Positions 1-12,184 of a stretch of DNA of 64,000 nt are shown here, one piece after another; within the stretch, counting starts at the first letter, position 1; the number at the start of each line of letters is the position of its first letter. Under the pieces are notes generated by a model. That model did no database searches and was not told the DNA's origin. It saw only the letters and a program-made list of their open reading frames with translations. This DNA comes from Fimicolochytrium jonesii (lineage: Eukaryota), in assembly GCF_025526975.1 (NCBI RefSeq), contig NW_026515697.1, positions 124,001 to 188,000 on the forward strand. The letters run 5' to 3'. A program made the position numbers and the translations under genes.

Positions 1-1124
1 AATTGGACGCATGGCTCTACCTATCACCATCCATCGAGGGTCAGAGCGCGGAATCGCGGAAGCCCATCGGCATCGCAAGCGCATTTATGGTAAGTTCGCC
101 CAGATGACGGTATCTCAACCCTGCAGCACGTATTAGCATATGTACATGTACATGTACAGGAAGCGTGTGAGGAAAACGAAAACGTCGCATGGAGAGTTAC
201 ATTTCCCGCGCACGGTAGAAACGGACATGGAAACGGAGTTGTGGAATCGTGCGGAAAACTGCGCCTAGAAGCGCCGTCCTCGCCTCGCACGCTTCTAGTC
301 GCAGTTTTCCGCCCTATTCCACATCCGTTCCCATCTTCTACCGACAACACCGCAGCATCTTCTCCCATCCCGTTTAGTGCGTCCTTTTTGCTCATCAACA
401 ACAGGCGGCTTCGTTCGTCCGACACATCCGCCGCCCCTTACAACGTCTTCGCTTGTTACCTGTCCGGGGATGAGGGAAACTCACTAGGCTTCGGGAGGAT
501 ATGGGAACCGGCTGCGTTCTCTGTGAGCCTTTGGCTTCAAAGCCGGCGTAGTTGTCCTTTTTTTGGCATCGCTTTTGTTCGGCGGGGCATGCTCCAAACC
601 TGTATTTCGTAATGCATCATTTTGGTTTGGTTTGCCCGCGGCGTTTGTTTTACTTAAATGTACGATAGACCGTACGTGGTTCGAAGCACCGATTTTTGAA
701 AAGATAGACATGCACGAACTGGACATGATTTCCAATGCTGCTTCTGGGTTAGACCAAAGACGTCCAGCCATCACACGTAGTTTTCACGTTCATCTTGCAG
801 CGCGGCACGCCGACGTCCGTCCTCAGACAGCGGGAAACCGGATTTGAGGGTGGATTTTGAGGTTTCGCGGGAAGTTTCATGAGACGAGGTTTGGAGAGAA
901 TTATTCAGATGGAACAGACTCAGTCAGGGCTTTTGATGGCCTGTGATTTTCTCGAATCCTATTACATGCATGAAGGGGTATTGGGTCAGCCCGTTTCCAA
1001 AAAAAAGATGTCTATTACGCCGCTCCCATACCGCCGGCAATCCTCAAAATCCCCAAAATTGCTTCCCTCGACATAAATCTCTATGCCAACCACGCCTACA
1101 TACGCCCCTACCCCTACCCCTACT

Positions 1125-2319
1125 CTAAACATCATCCGGTAAATACGGCCTAACCAGCCTGGTAAAGCTCGTATTCGTGCCCCTGATATACTCCGGGGTC
1201 GCGTTCTTCAGATACTTCCACCCGGTGTTATACAAGTGCGCCGCGTACTGAAAGTCGTTGTAGAAGTCCCATTCGTCTTCTTCGTGCACGAATTGGATGT
1301 GGGGGAGCCAGTAGGCGGGCCAGAAGAAGGCAGTTGTGGGGAGGGTGCAGAGGTCGGTGGCGGGGGTTGTTCTGGAGAGTGTGTAGGGCATGCTGTGGGG
1401 GAAAGGGGTGAGGGTGAGAGGTATATGATGTGGAAGTGGGGTACGGTGCGACATCGGTATGGCACATACATGACAGAATGATCACTCCATTTCGAGTCGT
1501 CAAACGTGCGGTACGAATCATACCACCTTTTCAAAAACGGCGCATTCGGTGCAGTAAGAATCACCGCATTACACAGCCCAATCCACGGCTTAAACCCCTC
1601 AATCCCCAACACAGTCGTATGATGCAACAACGGATCAAACGACCTCGTCACAATCACATCCATATCCAGATAGATCCCGCCCCACTTCTGCAAGGCCCGC
1701 AGCCGGATCACATCCGCTTTATGCGCCCCCTGTTCCACTTTATTCCCGAATATCTCCTTGACGTCTGCGGTGGGTGTTAGGTCGGTGATCATCCCCCGAG
1801 CGCGATCCCACCACTCCCCGCTCGGTAGCCCGCGGTGGTGGTAGAACACCTTCTCTGGCTTGATGTTGACGACCGCGGCGCGGATGGCGAGGTAGTGCAT
1901 CATACCAAAATAGTCGTCCCTATCCATCACACGGACGAAATGCACATATTTGGGTATCCTCTGCACCGGCGGTGGTCTCCCAGTCTCATTACGCCACGAA
2001 CATCTATCGATCTGCCGCCGTACGTCTATAGGTGTCATCCAAGTTCGTAGGTAAGGCGCGAGGTCCCCCGTGCGCTCGTGAGCGGGTTTGCCGCCTAGGA
2101 GGCCGAATTTGCGGGAGAGGAGGAATTGGACGGTGTCGAAGACCGGGTCGGGGATGTAAGTGTAGGCGAGGAGGAGGAGGACGAAGAGGGTTAGGTGTTT
2201 CCAGAGGCGGAGGAGTCTGTGGGGGAGGGGGGTGTCAGTGGGAGGGCTGGTGAGGGGTAGGGGTGTCTTTCTTGTCTGTCACCCAGAAGACACATGGCCT
2301 CTTACCTTGTAACCCGCAT
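1125..2319 (-). CDS. Glycosyltransferase family 32 (DXD sugar-binding, alpha-1,4-glycosyltransferase-like), type II membrane protein; 3 exons
   Basis: ATG at 2319. Introns 2217-2305 and 1393-1469 (GT..AG) join MRVTRLLRLWKHLTLFVLLLLAY (TM anchor) to IPKYVHFV...HKADVIRLRALQKWGGIYLDMDV...LCNAVIL...WSDHSVIMP...YAAHLY. GT32 motifs are clear. Confidence 0.88.
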
Positions 2320-2513
2320 TATCGCTGTCAAGCTGACTCGGTCGCTAGAACACGGACGGTGGGTATCTTACTGCGTGAACGTTCGACGTCACACTGTGCC
2401 TGTGAAGCGATGCTGCTGAGAGTGTCTGGGGTTGCAAGTTGGTTGTCCTTTCACGAAAGGAAAGGGGGCGAAAGGGGGACGCGGCGGTTGTTCCATCGCG
2501 CACGTCCTTTTCC

Positions 2514-2531
2514 TCAGCGCTCACATACGTC
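2514..2531 (+). repeat. Left terminal inverted repeat (18 bp)
   Basis: TCAGCGCTCACATACGTC, an 18/18 inverted match to 5886-5903; preceded by TSD GTCCTTTTCC at 2504-2513. Confidence 0.92.
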
Positions 2532-2611
2532 CGCGCAGTTGCGCCGCGACAACCTCGACAACTCCGCCGACGCTTTTTCCACAGCTCCTTTTTTCAACAT
2601 TGCTTTTGCCA

Positions 2612-5600
2612 ATGGCAAAACCACACACACCCAACTGACCTGAGACTTTGTGGGATAACTAAAACAGGTATGAGGAGCAACTCCAGCTGGTCTGTTGGAG
2701 AAAGTAATTACTTACTGCGAACTTTTACCAAGCAGAACTCCTCAACCACGCCAACCCTCAAACAACGTGCTACTAGGAAAACCTTTGGACCTCTGGATTC
2801 TACGTAACGGCTCTTCCCATTCTCAATGCACAAAGGTATGGAAAAGCTGGCCTTCTAATCTCAGAATGAGGTCACACAAACTGACTTGAGGATTGCAGAT
2901 GCGGACCAGGACGCAAACTGCCGAGTTGCTGTGTAAGGCTGAGGATGACCGGAAAGACTATGTGTACTGTGATATCTGGAATACAGCAGCGGATAAGCCC
3001 TGCTCCAAAGCTCGAGTGCAACGCCGTCGTGTTGAAGCAAAGGGCATTCACCGCCAATTCACGCTGTTGAGCACGGATATGCGCTCCTGGCTTGGAAGTT
3101 CCAACGGTAGTTTCTGTTTGCGGGCTCCCACGGGTGACCTTCCCAATACCGTCAAGCTGTATGGATGCAAAACATGCATGAAGGCAGTGAGAGCAGAGAG
3201 ACAGCGCAGGGTAGCCAGTGACAGGCCTTCTGCCAGTGACAATGAGGACGGCACTCTTCCCCCCAGCGGTGACAGCACTCCTCCCCCCAGCAGCGATGCT
3301 GCCAACCTGCCCCCGCCCACTGTGCGCACTCAGTCTCACATTGATATCTGCCTCCCAAAGCGACTCATGCACCCGCTTCAGTCGAAGTTTCAAGGTGTTG
3401 CCCCTCCTGACGCCGAAGCTCGCCGCAGCCGGTCCCGCACAACATCTGGTGTCCTCGAGGCTTCATCAGCAAAGCCGTGGAACAAACTGGAGATGTTGTT
3501 TTTCCTCGGACTCACGGATGAGGTTGAAGATGAAGATGAGGGGGATGACAGGATTGACGAACCAACGACGCCGGGGCCTGAGGGGAGGACCTACGCAGCA
3601 AAGCTGCAGATGCTCATGGAGAACCCCCTTGAGGACGAGCACGGGCGCTTCTTTTCCCTATCGGAAACATGGAACGGTTTATTGATCATATGAATACCAC
3701 ATGCGATGGGCTGTTTGACATGAAGATGACCATGGTCGTTGGGGACGTGCCTCTGAAGCGCAGCTCAAAGTGGAGTGAGAAAAACCGTGATAGGATCCGC
3801 CGCAGAGTGTTCATCTCGATCCTGCTTGATCTCAGCACCCGACACCTTCGTGCAAACTACCTCCCGCACTGGATGTCCACCCAGCTCCACTGTCCGAGCG
3901 CAGGCTGCCATTGCTGCTCACGAAGGGGACGTGTCCGCGCGACTTGCGCTTCCCAACACATCCGCCGTGGTTCTCGTTGATGATTTCAATTGGCATCAGG
4001 GGAGAGGCACGTCAAATGAGCGGGGAAAGCGATCGATCACCTGGACAACAGCAAATGTTGGAGTGCGTACTTGGGATGTCTCGGAGATGCCTCACCTACC
4101 CTCTGGGCTGGGGCCGTTGCGCCCTAATTTTCACACAATCGGGTTTGCAGAGGATCAACATGTTCTTTCGCAGTATTGTCGGCTGTTGGATCGGACACTG
4201 ACATCCTACATTGTCAAACGTGGGAACGGAGGGGAAATACGCCAGATGTATGACACCCGGCGCTTGGATAGGGTCTGCTCCATCAAAATCTTTGTGGCGT
4301 TGGCAAGCGAAGACAACCCGATGAAGTCTGATGAGGATATGGTGAAGCTTTATCAGGAGACGATCATCCCGAAACTTCAGCCATATATCGATGAATCGCC
4401 AATCGTTGTATCTGAAGACTTCTACGTCTGGATGGGAACCCTTTAGTTCATCACGGGCTCTGCGGAGGGGCAGCGACACTCTGGAAAATTCTTGGATTGG
4501 CCTGGATCGTTTCACATTGCCTTGAACATGCAGGAACCAGCATACAAGCACTGGTTCCCCCTTCTTAAGATCCTTTACAAAGCGGCATTTCCGGTCTCGT
4601 TTGTCCACAGGTCAATCTGCGTCCCATTCAACGTGTTCTCCTGCTGTCTCTCGCACTTCAGGCATGGCAGCTTGCTCACACGCCAACGTCAACAGCCCCG
4701 ATGGCGCATGACTACAGTTGGGGCGGGAATGTTATCCGTACCTTCTTCGAGGAGCATCTACCGCTCATGCTCGACGCACCAGTGATTATCACATCCCTCA
4801 ACTACGATCACTTTGGGGAATTCCTTGTTTGCAGCCTCCCGTTCTTCATACAAATGGGGAAGAAGAACTACGTGACAATCATCCTTTGCATTTTTGGGCG
4901 CATGGGCTTCTACCGTGCGCACAACATCCCGCTTTACAAATGGATCCAAAACTACTTCCGGTATCTCAGCGAGGAGGCCATCGAACTCTGGCATTCAGTC
5001 ATCCGTCCCCTTATTCATCCGACGATGCAGCAGAATCAAGCCGAGCTGCGAGTCATGTTCAAAGCTGCCCTCCAAGAAGCCGATGCTCAGGAAGCGGCAG
5101 TACTGAATATTCGCCGAGGCAAGCTACGGGGAGCAAACGCCGGGACGTCGTTGTTCCAATTCCGCAAAGACCAGGAGTGCAACCTCCAGGCTGCGGCGGA
5201 TAAGCTTCTCAGCATTCTTGACCAGATAATCGTCTACAACAGAGACCATGGCGGCCCAGCCTACGAGAGGGAATCAAGGACAGCTGGCAAGAATCCGGTG
5301 ACCACGCGGTTGTATCGTTTCACCGCAGAGCCTGACGGCCTGCTGCTAGGCAAGGCAGTCATCCCACTTGACCAGCGACGCCCAAATGCACAAGGCCACA
5401 CCGTAGTCAAGGTTGGAAAGCATGTTGACATTACTTGATATGCATTCCCATGCGACATTGCTGGTCATAACACCCCCTGCCAGCCCCTTTCCTGCGGTTG
5501 TTGCCGTCACCGCAGCAGTGTTCGAGCGATGTTCAAGCAGAGCAAGTGCCCAAACTGCTTTGCTATCACGAAGGAAATCATGCAGGCCGTTGTCGCAGAT

Positions 5601-5696
5601 GGTAACAGCAAGGTGCAAGAGTGGAGTCAGGCTGGCGTTGCGGGAGAGGAAAGCGATGAGGAGCCCTCTGTCTTTGACGTTGATGAAGCAAGTTAA
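2612..5696 (+). pseudogene. Disrupted DDE-type transposase (Academ/DUF6589-like) with C-terminal Cys-rich RING-like finger and acidic tail
   Basis: ATG 2612; putative introns 2668-2735 and 2836-2898. ORF pieces 2893-3693, 3669-3980, 3775-4785 and 4701-5696 are linked by about 3 frameshifts and in-frame stops (2636, 2660, 4444, 5436). Motifs: VVLVDDFN (D ~3979-3984), IVVSEDFY (D 4417), GSFHIALN (H 4513), KKNY, LSEEAIELWHS (E 4983), then C..C.PLSCGCCRH...CPNC. Confidence 0.75.
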
Positions 5697-5885
5697 AGTA
5701 GGCATTTATTTGTTTTTAAGAGAAAATATAAAAAATGTAATGGAACAGTTTTGAAGAGCGGCCTCTGGCGCACATATCCTACTACAATATCTGGGGTGGC
5801 CGTTGCGTGTGTGCAGAGGCCGTGGGGTTGCGACAAGAGATGTCTGTTTATTCTGCGCGGAAGACCGAACGACACGCTTGCCGAA

Positions 5886-5903
5886 GACGTATGTGAGCGC
5901 TGA
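5886..5903 (-). repeat. Right terminal inverted repeat (18 bp)
   Basis: GACGTATGTGAGCGCTGA; followed by TSD GTCCTTTTCC at 5904-5913. Confidence 0.92.
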
Positions 5904-6990
5904 GTCCTTTTCCCTTGAAGAATCAATCACTCATTCAACAATGCATCCCTATTTCTCTCTGAAGGATATTGACGGTGAAAGATGCGCTCGTGAGATGCTG
6001 ATCTATGTAGTCCTCGTCTCCAGCAGCAGACCATATTATTACTTGCTTTTCTGACTGGAATGGGCTCCCACGGGAACCGGGCTCAACGGAAAGAATACGA
6101 AGCCACCACCAAACCTTGTCATCGATTATCATGTACTTGTACAGTACATCCATTGAGGTTCATGGTAACCCCGTCTGGGTAAGAGTCCCATCTGTTCTGG
6201 CCGCCTCCGCATTGGGGACCTGCCTTTCTGGTGGACCAGTCTCGACGCCCCGACTAGCCATGACATTGTTTTTCTTGTCGTTGGGATTGGTTCTATGTTT
6301 TTTTTTGTTTTTTTTTTACATTGTTGAGCCGTTTGGTGGAAAAGGTGGATTGTGAAAATGCTTGATTGTGGGAAGTATCGCCTGCCAAACGAATAAGGAA
6401 CGAAATGGAGTCATGATTCCAACGTTCATCTCAATGCTCTTGTTTCCGGCGGTTCTACGCTACGCTATTTGGAGATCAATTGTGACGGTGGGCATTGCGG
6501 AAGTAAAGATCTCGATCACATTGTTTCGAAAAAAAAAATGGATGCTCGTACAAGGAAGGTGGCATCCAGCGATATTGTCCTCACGGCTGTGAGAGGCAAT
6601 CTGCATCCTACCAATTGTTCGAGGAGAGGCAAGTAACCACCTCGCGCTTTTGACAGTAACGTGTCTTACCCACCCACCAAACTCCGCTTTGGCACGGCTT
6701 CCGGAACTCAAACCTCCCTTTCCACCCCTCCCACCCCTTTCCCCCTCCACTTCCACTCCCACTCCCACTCGCACTCCCCCTCCCTCCCCATCCCCAATGT
6801 CAGATGCTGATGAGGATGGCGGGGAGTCGTCCGCACGTCATATTACAGAGGCCACCGCCGTTCTGGTCCAGGGTAGATGTACATGTAGATAGGCATATAT
6901 ATACATTCGAGCGCGGCACAGACAGTTGTCTCAACACGACACCCAAAATCGACAAACCCCCACACTACTCCTTCATCTCATCCATTCTCC

Positions 6991-9900
6991 TCAACCACCC
7001 CCAACCACCCCCCTCAAACAAGCCCCCTGCACAAAAACCGGCCACAACGCATCCACCTCCCTCCGCATCACCACATCATCAACGGCGCCGCGCACGCAAC
7101 TTTGCACCAGCTTCTTGCTGATATCGAGAATCATCTCCCTATGATGAGACGAATGTGGACGTGTATGTGCCGGCGAGTGAGATTTCCGCAGGCCCTCGGC
7201 GCAGACGAATGGGTCGTGCAGCGCGGCGAGCGGGATGGGGAGGTCGGATTCGGTTGCGGGGAGCTGGGGGGATTGGATTTGGGCTACGGTGCGGCGGAGG
7301 GGACCTTTTTTTAAGCGCAGAAGAGAGCGTCAGCGTGTTGCATGCCGAAACATCTTAGAGAACTTAACATCCATACCGAAAAGCACCTCGGCTTCCGCCC
7401 TATCCTCTTCACTCACAACAGCGCCCATGAGCTCCAGCAGCGGAGACGACGCGCGGGATGCGAGGCGGAAGACGGCGTACGGTCTACATAACGAGGAGTC
7501 GAGGACGGCGTTGTGGGAGCGGAGGACGGTGAATGTTTGCAGGGTGGGCGGGAGGGTTGCTAGATGTGTCACCTGTGAGCGAGGAAAGTTGTTGAGGTGT
7601 TACGACATCCTCTCCAGCAAACGGGTTGAACATCACGACAGCAAACTCACATCTCTCAACCGATCGCACCGGTTGGCACCCAAAACCAAACACCTTAACC
7701 CCGTAAACCGCCGCAGTCTGGCAAATACCCCGCCGCCTGCTGGCCCGCTCAGCCGCGTAGCGTTGATATACAGAAGAGCGAGGGATGTCACTGCCGCCGC
7801 GTCGATTTTGTCGAGGATGACCGTTGCGTCGCCGTATCTACGACAGAGAACCCCGGGTCAGTACCGATGGAGGTTCATTTGCTACTAACGTTATCTGCAA
7901 AACGTACATGACAAGCCTCCCACCCTCCATCTCCGCGAAACACGTCTCAGACCGATGTATGCATCCCTCCTGAGCCAGTAACCCGCGCTTGCTTTTACCA
8001 ACCCCAGTCTTTGTCGTTCCATTCGCCGCCAATGATGGCGGTGGTGGGGGCGATGGGGCAGTGAAAGTATATGTGGATGTGGTGGGATTGAGCGGATCAG
8101 GCGGCCAAGTGAACTCGAGCAGCTCGGTAACGTCGATCGTGGAGAGGCCGTTGAGGTTGGCCCAGCGGGTTGCGACGGTTTTGATGCTGCGTGTGCTGTG
8201 ATCGGATTGTCGAGTAAGGGAACAGTGATCGCTAGAATCTTGTGAAACCCAGAAGGTAGTCCCGCTTACCGCTCATCTCGCACGGCACAAACCCTCTCAA
8301 CCTCCCTCCTCCGCTCCGCCTCACGCTTATACCGCCTTGTCGCGACGCGGCGCTCTTCTTCCGTCACCCGCCGCCCGTCGAGGATTTTTAGTCGTTTCGC
8401 TTTGTGGATGATGTATGCGCGGGGAGTTGATGCCGATGGGGTCGTGGTTGTGGTGGTTGGTGCTGGGTTTGAGGTGGTGGCTGGTGGGGCGGGAGTCGCG
8501 AGGTATGAGAGAGGGTTGTTTTCCAATGACAGTTCTAACGAAAGCGGCAAATGTATCATCAGCGCCGGTTTTATGTTTGAAGACCGAATGGGAGAACCAT
8601 TCGTACAAATACCAACTTTCGTTGACCTACCAGAAAGCTGATCGAGCACTAGTACATCAGCGATCTTGTCCAGCGACGAGATACAGTTCGAGCTCAAGAT
8701 CAGGCGTTTGAGGTTGACGAGGCGTTGTACATCTTTGATGGAGTCAATCTGAGATTTGATGCGATGTGAGCGATTAGACACGTGGGCCGTATGCATAATT
8801 GAGCATTTACCTGGTTCCGCCGCAGATTCAACTCTGCAAGCGCTCGCAAGTTGCCTAGTTTGCCGACATGTTGGACGCGGTTGTCTTCCAGGTTCAGGAT
8901 GCGGAGGTGCTTGAGATGACCTATGTTCTCTGCGGTCCGCACCAGGCACAGAGCGAAAACGAAAGGATATTAGTGCTGCCTAATCAAAGAGCGCCTTGCC
9001 TGCCGCACTGAAGCGTTCATTATGCGGGATGTCCTCTCTTCTCTGTCTCTCCCGCCGTCTGATGCGCAAATGCCCCGCCGTCCTTCCACGATCTACAACA
9101 CTCCATCTACGCCGCTCTCGACTCAACTCAACCAATTCTTAGCTTGCACATGCCATCCCGCCGACAAGATTCTCTCCCTCCACGGCGCTTACCAACGACA
9201 ACAACAGCGTTCGCATGCAAATCCAGGACTTCCAATTTCAAACAATCGTCGAGCCCCTCGATCTTCTGGATCCTGTTCTTGCCCAGGATCAGGATCTTGA
9301 GGTTGTAGAGGCAGTCGAGGCCGCTCATGTGCTGAAAGTGACAGAAGGGCAAATCAAAAAATCCAACAGACGGGATGGAATGCGAAGCATCGGAGAGAGG
9401 GAGGGCTTAGTGCTTACCGTGATGTGGTTATTGTAGAAATCCACAAGTACGAGATTCGACAGTTGCTCGAGGTGCTCGATTTTGGCGATGAAGTTATTCT
9501 GGTAGTCGAGGAAGCGGAGGCGTTGCTCGTCGAGGAGGTTGAGGCATGACTGGGGATTCCAACATGTGGAAGAGCAATGAGTACGCAGACCTGCGCGAGG
9601 GGAAGGAGGCAAAGTTCACACAACAACACACCCAGTCAACCCACCGTCAGATTCCGCCTGCCAAGATCCAATCGTCCAGTACCCTGTGCAAGCCCTTGGC
9701 TACCTTGCGTCTGAACATTACTGCCATGTATGTTGCTAGTGCTCGCGTCGGTGCTGTTTTCGAGTGGTTTTGCTATCTTGTGCGGAATGATAGCATCGTG
9801 TGAAAAAATGATGGCAGAGACGTCTGGTTCATAAGTAATCGGTGGTGCCCATAGGGGGAGGGGGAATCGAAAAGAGAATGGGTGGGATAGTATCACTTTG

Positions 9901-11312
9901 GTGGGACATCGCCCACTCCAGCAATGTGCCACTCCTTGCGACGGCGCTCCCTTCCTACAACCAGGCCCACCCATGCCCCCCGTTTTCCATAGATCCTCAG
10001 CCAAGAGAAACGCTCACCTCATAAATCGACAAATGCGGCGGATACACCCACATTCCCGCGCCACCATCCCTTGACCCGCTCATATACCCCACAGTCTCCC
10101 CATTCCGCGGCCCCCACACATCCACCCCACTCCCATTCCCACCCCCACTCTCCGCTGCTGCTGCCGGATCACCATCCTCACCAACACCGTGTTTGGGAGT
10201 GGCGGCAAAAGGCATCACGGGCGTATATGTGACATCCTCGTTATCGTTTTCAGGTTCATTCTCGCATGAGGTTGAGGAGGCGGACGAGGAAAGAGGGTTG
10301 GTGTTGGAGATGAGTGGCGGTGGGGTGGCGGGGGTGGAGTTGGTGGATGGTGGGGTGCAGGCTGGGGGCGTGAGGCGGGAGGCGGGGTCGGCGAGGCGGG
10401 CGGCTGTCGAGGAGAGGGGCTGCGGGTGATAGCCAAGGAGAGGAAGAAGAGACGGGTGAGCTAGTGTAACGTTGCCGTCTGTTGTGTGTGCAATGCTATA
10501 ATGTCTCCGGCCTCTCACCAACGCTCGGCTTGCTCGTCCCAAGCCGCTCAGCAACCCACCTCAATGTATAAGTACGGCCAAGTCGACCACGCATTCCTTG
10601 CCTGCGCATTCCCCGCCCTCTGCCCACCCTCCTCCCCACCTGCAACCCTGGCCGTGCGCGCCGACGACGGGCGTGACGACGGCGCCGTGGGGGGGTACCC
10701 GCCCGCCAACGACACATTTGACGCGTACACCGAAGCTGTTGCTGATGGTTGTGCAGCGGGAGCGACGAGCCGTGTGGAGCGCACGGAGGTGGCGGTCGAG
10801 GGCCGTGAGGAGCGTTTGGGCGGCGTGGGCATAGGCGACGGTGGCGCTGGGTGCTTCCTGGAGGTGTAGGCATCGCTGGTGTGGGTGGGGAGACGCATTG
10901 CGAGCTCGGACATGGAGAAGAGTCTGGAATCGTAGATGTGTCGGTAAGCTTACATCTCGCATTTGCAGGGTCGTCAGAACCGTCCCTTTTATAAACATCC
11001 CCCGACCTACCTCAACGTCGGAATCATCTCTGCAGCACTCCTCAACTCCCTCGCCGACGCCGCCCTCCTCACCGGCGCTGACTGCGGTCTTCCCCTCACC
11101 TCTCTCCCGTCCGTCATACCACCTCTCCGCTCTCCAAGCCCACCATCTCTCCCAGGACCACCCCGCGCCCCCGGCGTCACCTGAATATCTACATCGCCCG
11201 GAAACACCCTCTTAGCGTGCTTCTTTTTCTTGAGCTGAGAATGCCCGGCAGCGGCAGAGGGGCATGATGGCGGCCAGGTGGTGAGTGAGGCGGATGGGAA
11301 TTGTTGGATCAT
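6991..11312 (-). CDS. LRRC49: Leucine-rich repeat protein 49-like (centriolar/tubulin polyglutamylase complex associated), multi-exon; 5' exons approximate
   Basis: SDS22-type LRR exons RLRFLDYQNNFIAKIEHL, LKILILGKNRIQKIEGLDDCLKLEVLDLHAN, LRILNLEDNRVQHV, LSLENNPL...LKILDGRRVTEEERRVA, and C-terminal DALWPVFVQ resemble animal LRRC49. Stop at 6991; probable ATG at 11312. Confidence 0.78.
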
Positions 11313-12184
11313 GGGTGCTTCCTACTTTTTGGTATGCTGGGTTCAAAGGTATCAAAGATTGTAGCCGTGGAACTGATATTGACCCCCAAATTCTGATGGC
11401 AAAAATGTATGTAACGACGGGTGTGCTTTCAACATTCTCTCCCTGACAGATACCCTTCACTGGAAGCCCTGTCCCGTTTCACACTTGTAAAATCATAGAA
11501 TCCCGACTAACCAAAAGCTATTCTGACGGGTTTACGTAAGTTTTGACTGTGTCCGTCGCGCTGTCGGATTACCGTCCAAAAACGAATATTTGAACCCTAC
11601 ATTACCTTGTTCAGCTACGCCCCTCGTGCTCTTCCTCACATTCCGACCCGAAAACTTCCTAGTCAGTAAATATAAAAAGGATGCCTCACATTCAACTTGC
11701 ACCCCATCCAGTACGACGACAGCCTCGCGACGGAGGCTACTCCGCCTGCCTCGTAGAAGACCCTGTACCCGCGACATGGATGCTGGATCTACTCGAGAGG
11801 TGGAAACCCGAGGGCACAGTGGTGAACAATTTGGGCACCGGGGGCTGGCGCCGTTGTTTGTGGGGGAAGACATCAGTTTATGGGGAAGACGAACAGGGGA
11901 TGGAGAGGATGGAGACCGGGAGGGAGTAAGGTCTGAGCTGTGAACGGTGAGCGAGCGGAGTGGGTCGGCGATGAAGGAGGAGTGCGGTTGTTGTTGCGAA
12001 TCCGGTTTTGGAAATAGACGGCTTTTGGTAACATGTACGAGCATTCTAATCGCTGCTTTTTTGTATATCATTCAGCACTATCCTTCGGCACTATCAGAAG
12101 GTTTCCGAATTTTGGAAAACTCGAACATGCACGGACATTCGCATGAAGCTATCAATCTCGAAAGTCAACCCCGCCAACAACCGT

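Larger units (their letters stand above)
2514..5903 (+). mobile_element. TIR DNA transposon, 3390 bp, Academ-like; decayed copy
   Basis: Left end TCAGCGCTCACATACGTC (2514-2531) is the exact reverse complement of GACGTATGTGAGCGCTGA (5886-5903). The element is flanked by the direct repeat GTCCTTTTCC (2504-2513 and 5904-5913) and contains a transposase-like pseudogene. Confidence 0.9.

Noticed and set aside
1..1100. Short ORFs and TGTACATGTACATGTACA palindromic run at the window start
   Set aside because: No protein similarity; a simple repeat with no supporting context.
4444..5438. Stop-codon reassignment or readthrough (TAG/TGA) in the transposase
   Set aside because: Frameshifts co-occur with the stops, and host genes end normally in TAG, TAA and TGA; pseudogenisation is the simpler explanation.
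11361..11374. X-box (RFX)-like GTAGCCGTGGAAC upstream of LRRC49
   Set aside because: Imperfect match, and the start codon itself is uncertain.
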